The position numbers were made by a program, and so were the translations under genes. A DNA stretch of 64,000 bases from Patescibacteria group bacterium (GTDB taxonomy: Bacteria > Patescibacteriota > Patescibacteriia > UBA10025 > JBIOWE01): contig JBIOWE010000013.1 of the NCBI GenBank assembly GCA_044868145.1, forward strand, positions 6,611-70,610, read 5' to 3'. The notes under the pieces are model-generated. The model made no database searches. It saw only the letters and a list, made by a program, of their open reading frames with translations, and was not told the origin of the DNA. Below are positions 57,067 through 64,000 of the stretch, in pieces (position 1 is the first letter of the stretch; every line of letters starts with the position of its first letter).

Positions 57067-58176
57067 TTACGACGTCCGTTTGCGGTGGAGCGCGACCAAA
57101 CTCGTAAGCAACGCGACAGTAAAGAGGCCGAGCACGATAAGCCAAATCAGTTTAGCTTTCGTGTTGGAAAAAAGCGCGGCAACGCCAAAGAGCAGACTGG
57201 TCATCCAAAGGAAAAGAACCGCACCGCGATGCGAGAATCCAACGTCAAGCAGGCGAAAATGTAAGTGCCCGCGATCGGCGGCAAACGGCGAACGCCTGCC
57301 GAGCAAACGACGAATCACTACCCACAAGACATCGAGCAGCGGAATGCCAAGGATGAGCAGTGCGGTTGCGATTTTCGCGCCGGAAATAATCGCCAGCACA
57401 CCGAGCATAAAACCCGCCCACAGACTCCCGCCTTCGCCGAGGAACACGCGAGCGGGATGAATGTTAAACAGCAAGAAGCCCGCCATCGCGCCGGCGACGA
57501 GTATCGCGAGCAATGCCGTTTCCGGCTGCGCCACGTCTTTTGTTAAACTCAAAAAGAAAATAATGAACGAGCCAATGGCAGTAATACCCGAGACAAGGCC
57601 ATCAAGGCCGTCCAGGAATTTCGTGGTGAACATTGATCCGAGCAGCCAAACAAACGCGAAGATATCGGCAAACAGTACAATCTTATATGGTAAGCCGTGC
57701 GCCGAAAAAACCGTAAACGATATCTGGTCAAGCGCGATTGTTCCGCCCAGGGGATTCGTGATATAGCTCACGCCAATGCCCGAGGCAATGATAACCAGCG
57801 CGGCGGCAATCGGCCAAAGCAGTTGTTTATGCCATCGGAGCGTGAAGCGATCATCAAGGTAGCCGCCAATCATCAGCAAACCTCCGCCCAAGAGAATGCC
57901 GAATATATGTTTCGGCAAAAGATACCCGCCGAGTAAGCGTTCCGTAAAAAACGTGTAAAATAAAACAGCGATCGTAAAGCTTGCGTATACCGCGAGACCG
58001 CCAAGCAAGGGAACCGGGCCGGCTTGTATTTTACGATCCGGCGACATCTGTGGCTTATCAAGAATGCCTTTCGCCATCGCATAGCGGCGGACCAACGGGG
58101 TCAAAACCGCAGCAAGCCCAAAAGCCAAAAAAAATGGAATGACATATGCGACAGGACTTAAGACCTTGTTTATCAT
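57067..58176 (-). CDS. MraY/WecA-family polyprenyl-phosphate sugar-1-phosphate transferase
   Basis: PLLGG, GYLDD, FLDGLDGL, PARVFLGEGG, ADRGHLH. Confidence 0.9.
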   Translation of the reverse strand: MINKVLSPVAYVIPFFLAFGLAAVLTPLVRRYAMAKGILDKPQMSPDRKIQAGPVPLLGGLAVYASFTIAVLFYTFFTERLLGGYLLPKHIFGILLGGGLLMIGGYLDDRFTLRWHKQLLWPIAAALVIIASGIGVSYITNPLGGTIALDQISFTVFSAHGLPYKIVLFADIFAFVWLLGSMFTTKFLDGLDGLVSGITAIGSFIIFFLSLTKDVAQPETALLAILVAGAMAGFLLFNIHPARVFLGEGGSLWAGFMLGVLAIISGAKIATALLILGIPLLDVLWVVIRRLLGRRSPFAADRGHLHFRLLDVGFSHRGAVLFLWMTSLLFGVAALFSNTKAKLIWLIVLGLFTVALLTSLVALHRKRTS

Positions 58177-58586
58177 ATCGCTTTTGGGCGGGCGTCTAAA
58201 TAGCCCTGTAAAATGAGCCGAGCCGCTTCGCGGTCAACCACGTTTTTCGGTTGCTTACGTGCAAAAAGCGCTTTCTCGATCTCAGCTGAAGACAATCGCT
58301 CATCGTAAAATTCTACCGGGATCTTCAGCTGGTCCTCAAGCATGATCCCAAACCGTTCCGCTTCCACGGCTTGCTGACCCTTTTCACCCGCCATAGTAAT
58401 CGGCAGGCCAACCACGATTTTTTTCACTTTTTCGCGTTCGCAGAGCAATTTGAGAAAATGGAGCGTGTGGCTGGAATCAACATTTTCAACCACGTCAACG
58501 CCAACGGCCATGTGCTGGTCATCATCCGAGAGCGCCACGCCGATTCTGCGACCGCCGTAATCTAAGCCCATGAGACGTCCGGTCAT
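58173..58586 (-). CDS. yqgF: YqgF/RuvX family nuclease
   Basis: GLDYGGRRIGVALSD, VGLP, DERLSS. Confidence 0.93.
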   Translation of the reverse strand: MTGRLMGLDYGGRRIGVALSDDDQHMAVGVDVVENVDSSHTLHFLKLLCEREKVKKIVVGLPITMAGEKGQQAVEAERFGIMLEDQLKIPVEFYDERLSSAEIEKALFARKQPKNVVDREAARLILQGYLDARPKAI

Positions 58587-59332
58587 GAACGTTGCGTCAA
58601 AATTTCCGCGCCATGCTCCGTGACCACAATCGTATGTTCAACGTGGCTGGCTAAACTCTTATCCGCGGTGACGACTGTCCAGTGGTCTTTCTGCACACGC
58701 ACGTCAGGAGATCCCATTGTCACCATTGGTTCAATCGCGAGCACCAAGCCCGGTTCAAGGAGCGGGCCTGAACCCTTGGAACCGAAATTCGGTACTTTCG
58801 GTTCTTCGTGCACTGCCTTGCCGACGCCGTGCCCCGTGAGCGCGCGCACCACACCGAAGCCGTGGGGCTCAACGAACGCTTGGATTGCCGCGCCAATATC
58901 GCCCACATGACCGCCTGGGCGCACTGCCTGAATACCGATTGCCAAGCTGCGCTCGGTTACGCGGAGCAATGTTCCGATGTCGCGAGAAACCTTCCCAACC
59001 GCTATGGTCGTGGCAGTATCCGTGAACAGCCCTTTGTATTCTATGCCGACGTCAACGGATACAATATCGCCTTCCCGAACCACTTTTTTCTTGGTCGGAA
59101 TACCGTGCACCACTTCAGCGTTAATGGAAACGCATGTAGCAGCCGGGTACCCTTCGAATCCCTTGAATGATGGACGAGCGCCTGCAGCCGCGATGAGCTG
59201 TTCGGCTTTTTGATCAAGTTCGAACGCCGTTACGCCAGGTCGAACCTCGTGTACCACATCTCTGAGGATTTGGCCGAGCAATCGTCCGCCTGTTCGTAAT
59301 ATCTCCAACTCTTCTTGTTTGGTAACCCGCAT
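58583..59332 (-). CDS. map: methionine aminopeptidase type I
   Basis: VVHGIP, DTA, GHGVG..VHEEP, AIEPM, EHT. Confidence 0.96.
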   Translation of the reverse strand: MRVTKQEELEILRTGGRLLGQILRDVVHEVRPGVTAFELDQKAEQLIAAAGARPSFKGFEGYPAATCVSINAEVVHGIPTKKKVVREGDIVSVDVGIEYKGLFTDTATTIAVGKVSRDIGTLLRVTERSLAIGIQAVRPGGHVGDIGAAIQAFVEPHGFGVVRALTGHGVGKAVHEEPKVPNFGSKGSGPLLEPGLVLAIEPMVTMGSPDVRVQKDHWTVVTADKSLASHVEHTIVVTEHGAEILTQRS

Positions 59333-59334
59333 AT

Positions 59335-60558
59335 CTATTGTATGTGCTTGATTATGTTCTTGAACACAACGGGAATGGGTGGCTCAGCGTCAACAATCAT
59401 CACAATGCCGCGTTTTTGGTAATATTGCACGATTGGGTTCGTTCGCTTATGGTACAGTTTCAGTCGCTCGCGGATTGCGGCGGGATAGTCGTCAGCGCGG
59501 CGGAAGAGCGTGCCATGGCAAACAGGGCACTGTTTCGCGTTCTTTTTGATAGTAACGCCCTCAATAAAAATGCGCCCGCATCGTTCACACATCCGCCGTT
59601 TTGTAAGCCGTTTGAGGGTTGTTTGGTCTTTAATGGGCAAATAAACAACGTGCGTGATCGATCTGCCATATCGTTTGAGCAGACGATCAAGGAAACGCGC
59701 CTGACGAAGAGTGCGTGGATAGCCGTCGAACAGGATTCCCCGGCCTTTTGGCACGCGAGCCAGCTCTTTTTCGATTAAACGGTTCACCCACGCGTCCGGC
59801 ACAAGCGCGCCTTTTTTGTTGATAAGCGCGTCAATCTTGCGGCCGAGTCTTGGATCGGTCGCAACCATTGCGCGGAGCAAGCGCCCAGTTTCGATATAAT
59901 GCAACCGAAAACGCTTCGTGAGCAATCGCGCCTGCGTGCCTTTGCCTGAACCTTGGGGACCAAGCAACACAATATGCATCAGCTGCTTTTGCCTTTGTTG
60001 TATTAGCTCGTAAAGCGCGCGAAATTTTTTCAGAAATGCTTGCCGGGTGGAATTGTTCTCAATAGTAAAATCCGCGAGCGTTATAACGGCGTCAAGCTGT
60101 TGTTGATTGCGGCTTCCGCGCCGCTCGCGCATTTCCTGTCGCAAGAACTCACTAAAGCTGACCTTGTCATCGATTTTGCCACGCCGCACTGCGCGGCTGT
60201 ACCGAATATGTGCATGGCTGGCGATCACAATAAGAAAAAAACGAGCGTGATCTTTGAACGTTTCCACCTCGCCCACGTTGCGAATGCTCGATATCACGAC
60301 TTGCTTCGCCTTTGCCTTATCTATTTTCTTCGAAGCAAGCTCGGCCAAGAAGCCCCTGCCGTACTTTTTCCTCCATGCATTCGCAGCGCGTATGAGGTCG
60401 TCCCGACTGCGGTAGCGTATCCCGCGTTTGGACATTTCCTCACGTAAAATATCAGAAAGTGAATAATGCCGGAATCCCTGTTTGGCAAAAAAGGACGCGG
60501 CAGTATCCTTGCCTGAACAATACAAACCAACAAGGCCAACGACCAGTGGTTTTTGCAT
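59335..60558 (-). CDS. adk: two-domain kinase: N-terminal dephospho-CoA/NMP-kinase-like P-loop domain fused to Zn-lid adenylate kinase
   Basis: GLYCSGKD domain, then LGPQGSGKGTQA, FDGYPR, CERC...CPVC, RADD. Confidence 0.85.
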   Translation of the reverse strand: MQKPLVVGLVGLYCSGKDTAASFFAKQGFRHYSLSDILREEMSKRGIRYRSRDDLIRAANAWRKKYGRGFLAELASKKIDKAKAKQVVISSIRNVGEVETFKDHARFFLIVIASHAHIRYSRAVRRGKIDDKVSFSEFLRQEMRERRGSRNQQQLDAVITLADFTIENNSTRQAFLKKFRALYELIQQRQKQLMHIVLLGPQGSGKGTQARLLTKRFRLHYIETGRLLRAMVATDPRLGRKIDALINKKGALVPDAWVNRLIEKELARVPKGRGILFDGYPRTLRQARFLDRLLKRYGRSITHVVYLPIKDQTTLKRLTKRRMCERCGRIFIEGVTIKKNAKQCPVCHGTLFRRADDYPAAIRERLKLYHKRTNPIVQYYQKRGIVMIVDAEPPIPVVFKNIIKHIQ

Positions 60559-60642
60559 AACTGCATTATATCAAAAAACGACCAGCTGGCACACACTCTT
60601 GCTGCTCAATGCTCGACTAAGGGTTTATTGATTTGCTGGATT

Positions 60643-60881
60643 AAAAAAGTGGCTTCAGTTTTACTAAAGCCACTTTGTGAGCTAAGTTACCCTTTTGGGT
60701 TAAACTGAAACCAAAACTTTAAGCTTCGCCGGACGAGTCCATATGACCCAACCGGAACCTTAAAGGAGTTTCAATGAACTTATTTACACCACCTCCCTTC
60801 CGGTTCTTTGCAAGAAGAGCTACTTTCTTTAAAAGAACCGCAATGTAAACAAGTATAAATGCTCTATTAATCGTTTGTCAA
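60643..60881 (-). ncRNA. candidate ~200-nt ORF-less transcription unit (promoter included)
   Basis: TTGACA-18-TATACT, 5' hairpin, AAGGGAGGTG, terminator 60643-60676. Confidence 0.5.
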
Positions 60882-60932
60882 CTGAAAAAGCGACGTGGAA
60901 AAAACGACCCTCGAGAACGGTGCGGGTTTGTT

Positions 60933-61436
60933 TCACCACTTGCAAGTCACGCTGAATGCTACCCCGGCCATAGTGAAGTTAAATTTCCCCTTCACAGGGC
61001 ACTGCCAATCTTTGTGATCCCCGGCTCGGACCGGAAAGCCATACGTACTGTTTGAATCCGGTCGGTCGTACACTACAGTTTCCTCCGATTCGCAATTATT
61101 CGTCAATCGGAGGATTTGTCCTTTGCCTAACGTGACGTTACCCGAATCGTCCAAACTACATCCGTTGTCTAGCACCCACTGCTTTTCTGCAGTCGGCTTT
61201 GTTGGGCCAGCCTTGAGTGGGCAATCGGTAGCGAGGGCGGAATGGGGCTGAACGAAGGTTTTTAAGGTGGCGAAAATCCCACGGTCCGCAACTGAACTTG
61301 CGCCCGCTCGAGCCACGGCACTATCGCAGAAGGCGTGCGCGTACCACGAGGGCAGGCCAACAAAGGTAACGACGAGAATGATTGCTGGGACGAGGATCCA
61401 AAGCGCTTTTCGCTGACGTTTTGAGATCATAAACAT
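60933..61436 (-). CDS. secreted Cys-containing protein, cupredoxin-like beta pattern
   Basis: Signal peptide; paralog of the next gene. Confidence 0.75.
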   Translation of the reverse strand: MFMISKRQRKALWILVPAIILVVTFVGLPSWYAHAFCDSAVARAGASSVADRGIFATLKTFVQPHSALATDCPLKAGPTKPTAEKQWVLDNGCSLDDSGNVTLGKGQILRLTNNCESEETVVYDRPDSNSTYGFPVRAGDHKDWQCPVKGKFNFTMAGVAFSVTCKW

Positions 61437-61508
61437 TTATTAAATTAACGATGAAATAGTATTGCCTTAGGCTGGCCTAGAAAATCAGAATCACGTCTTG
61501 CCTCGTTC

Positions 61509-62012
61509 CTATCCCGAGCATTCCATCACAAAACTGCTGCCCGATAGAGGTCCAAGTAGGAAGGTTAGCGTCGTTTGATAAGAACACGAAATGTTTTTTT
61601 GTTTCCCTGCTTTCACGGTAAAATTCCAGTTTGCATGCTGGGTATCATAGACTTGAACAAATTGGTCAGTGTTGCATGTGTTTGTGATTTGAAGATACTG
61701 GTCCTTCGAGAGGGATACAGTATACTCGTCCTCCCAGACGCAATTAGGTACCATATCCTTTGTGGCGCTCGCTGGCTTTGTCGGGGCCCACGGCCAACAC
61801 CAGGCTTGAGCACTCAGGGGTTGAATGAAACTTTTCAAACTGCTTATGATTCGAGTGCCAACTCCCGAGGCGGAATCGAGTCGAACTACTGCGCTATCGA
61901 TGCCAGAACAATCTGCTTGAACATCCTGCGCCGGCAGGCCAACAAAGGTAACGACGAGAATGATTGCTGGGACGAGGATCCAAAGGGTTTTTCGCAGACG
62001 TTTTGAGATCAT
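61509..62012 (-). CDS. secreted Cys-containing protein, paralog of 60933-61436
   Basis: Near-identical first ~27 codons, divergent remainder. Confidence 0.75.
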   Translation of the reverse strand: MISKRLRKTLWILVPAIILVVTFVGLPAQDVQADCSGIDSAVVRLDSASGVGTRIISSLKSFIQPLSAQAWCWPWAPTKPASATKDMVPNCVWEDEYTVSLSKDQYLQITNTCNTDQFVQVYDTQHANWNFTVKAGKQKNISCSYQTTLTFLLGPLSGSSFVMECSG

Positions 62013-62178
62013 AGTAATATGACAAAAATGAATGCATGAGACGCCTTCACCTTACTCCGCCATCAAAAAACCGTCAATAGTCATTTTTGCACAAACTGAC
62101 GGGGCAAGAATCATAAATAAAAAAGGCTACCGGATGTTCCGTGTAGCCCTTTTGAGGTTGAGTCTCTTTTTGGTTGGA

Positions 62179-62379
62179 CTACTTCCAGCTCATATTATTT
62201 AACATTATCCAATATAGATAACGGTAAAGCCACTGGCTCCACCAAGATGTTTGAGGGGTATCTTGCTGAATCGTACCTGCGCTGGTCGGATTTGCCTGCA
62301 CAACTTGGCCACTCAATGCAGCTGGTATACAGTAGAGGCTTAAAACCAATACAAGTAAAACAACAATGAACTTCTTCAT
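62179..62379 (-). CDS. small secreted protein with Trp/Tyr-rich C-terminus (66 aa)
   Basis: SD AGGAGG, signal peptide, terminator 62118-62155. Confidence 0.75.
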   Translation of the reverse strand: MKKFIVVLLVLVLSLYCIPAALSGQVVQANPTSAGTIQQDTPQTSWWSQWLYRYLYWIMLNNMSWK

Positions 62380-62596
62380 TTTTCCTCCTATCTTTTTTCA
62401 AAGAGGGTTAAAGTAATCTGCCCTTTGCAGCTCTTCTTCTGGTACCTCCACAACCTCCTTTCTTATTTTTTAGATTTTCAAAGGACTGTTAGCTCCTATC
62501 TTCGGTTTACACCCCCGTAGAACCGCTGTCAAGTCCACTTTATTCGAAATAAAAAAGCCTCGACTTTCACATCGAGGCTTTTGGAATAACAAGGAG

Positions 62597-63043
62597 CTAG
62601 TCGAGGAATATTATTGTCCTCGGTCCAGTGCTCTGCAAACCTACTTTTAGACAGTAATAGTAAATGCCGTTGGCCACAGTCGACCCATTGGAATCTACTC
62701 CGTCCCAAGCTACTTGCTTACTTCCCGCAGACTGCTTTTCATTGACCAATGTTTTAACTTTCTGTCCAATGGCATTGAAAACGTCTAACTCAACTGTAGC
62801 TTCCTCGGCGAGGGAATAGCACAGCTGCGTATTCTTGTTAACCAGCTGGAGAACCTGCTTGCTTGGAGCTGTCCCTTTGAATAAACCGGCATCAATATCT
62901 AGGGATTGCAGTGCCCGAGACTTCGACAGCTTTAATTCCCTAATGTAAGCGTCTACTTGACCAGTGATGGCCTGTGCCGACGGAACGAAGCTCAGTCCTA
63001 AAACAGTTACAACAAATGGAACAACAAAACCGGATTTCTTCAC
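62597..63043 (-). CDS. secreted FlgD-type Ig-like domain protein
   Basis: VFNAIGQKVKTLV...G...VAWDG.D..G..VANGIYYY. Confidence 0.85.
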   Translation of the reverse strand: MKKSGFVVPFVVTVLGLSFVPSAQAITGQVDAYIRELKLSKSRALQSLDIDAGLFKGTAPSKQVLQLVNKNTQLCYSLAEEATVELDVFNAIGQKVKTLVNEKQSAGSKQVAWDGVDSNGSTVANGIYYYCLKVGLQSTGPRTIIFLD

Positions 63044-63075
63044 CTTTACCTCCTTTTCTTTCGCCGTTTGGCGAG

Positions 63076-63814
63076 TTTTTACTTTTCAATGAGCTAATCT
63101 ATATTTTAGTACTCGAGTAAGTTAATCACGATATACTATTTTTGTCAAGTGCTGTATCAATTTCGCTCGGTTTACGTGATGTTTCTTCATTTTGACAAAA
63201 CTGGTACTTCAACAAAGATAAAGTGGTAGCGCGTCACACTAAATAAAAAACCACGACTGAAAGTCGTGGCTTTTTCATAACAGAAGGAGCGATTATCGAA
63301 GCACAATATCCTTCTCAAGAGTATCCTCTATCGGAGGGGTAACCGGAATGGTATCGTTTGAGGACGGCTTCAGGGCACTGAGTTGAATATGGAAAGGGTT
63401 GGCTATCCATAAAAACGCGCGGTACACACCCTCAGGCATTCGCTTGCCATTTTCATCCATGCCGTCCCAGGTCACCACATGCTTTCCTTTCGCCTGCCGT
63501 TCTTTGACCAGGGTTTTTATTTTCTGGCCGTCTTTGCTGCAGATGAATAATTCAACGTAAATGCTGTCAAGCGGAAATTGAGGTGGCACAGTATACTCAA
63601 TCTGGTCTGCATAAGTCATTTTGCCCGAGCGTGAGATAACTGCTATCAATATGGCGAAGCCAAGAACAATGCCCGCCTTGTGCGACGTCTTTAATTTCAT
63701 ACTACCTCCTCTTCTCCTCGTTGTTCTTTAAACTAGCGATTTTTTAATTTTCAATGTACTAATCTACTTTTAGTGCTCGAGTAAGTTAATCACGAAACTA
63801 AACTTTTGTCAAGT
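63076..63814 (-). repeat. duplicated ~75-bp promoter/leader block (63076-63150 and 63741-63814)
   Basis: Both copies share TTTTCAATG..CTAATCTA...TTTTAGT.CTCGAGTAAGTTAATCACGA...TTTTGTCAAGT. Confidence 0.85.
63293..63700 (-). CDS. secreted FlgD-type Ig-like domain protein
   Basis: GQKIKTLV...GKHVVTWDGMDENGKRMPEGVY. Confidence 0.85.
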   Translation of the reverse strand: MKLKTSHKAGIVLGFAILIAVISRSGKMTYADQIEYTVPPQFPLDSIYVELFICSKDGQKIKTLVKERQAKGKHVVTWDGMDENGKRMPEGVYRAFLWIANPFHIQLSALKPSSNDTIPVTPPIEDTLEKDIVLR

Positions 63815-64000
63815 ACCCGATATGAAATAAAACTACCTTTAACTCTCTAGCCCCTCTTTAGTAGCTGCTTCATAATTAAAAGCCTGATCCCTATACTGTC
63901 GGTTTATCTGTGGGAGTGCGGTCTGTCAAGGGGATAAGCGGATAGTAAAGAAAAAGGCTACCGGTTGTTCCATGTAGCCTTTTCATTTGGAAGTGCTATG

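Overview
Chromosomal segment of a Candidate Phyla Radiation (Patescibacteria, Parcubacteria-like) bacterium. The taxon is inferred from gene content: CPR-type pilin, a conserved VirD4/HerA-like ATPase, PsbP-like surface proteins and a short AspRS. The backbone is housekeeping: dnaX, dnaJ, hrcA-grpE-hsp20-dnaK with a CIRCE operator, gap-fba-tpiA, scpAB, aspS, asnS, dnaB-ybaB-recR, rplU, yqgF, map, an adk fusion and three tRNAs. Surface and secreted genes are interspersed, including a 1790-aa Rhs protein. The most unusual signals are non-coding. (1) At 17.84-18.30 kb there is a tandem array of three ~150-bp self-contained small-RNA genes, each with a near-consensus sigma70 promoter, a conserved GGUUUGG/CCAAACC stem, a C-rich anti-Shine-Dalgarno-like tract and a terminator. 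(2) At 29.09-29.35 kb there is a ~260-nt multi-branched, probably pseudoknotted RNA. (3) Two four-helix-bundle genes are each bracketed by their own inverted 7-mer arrays, and empty copies of such arrays sit at many gene junctions. (4) Two ORF-less transcript-like units carry a strong SD sequence. No cas genes, reverse transcriptase, integrase or transposase were seen. All family assignments come from motif recognition by eye, not database searches.
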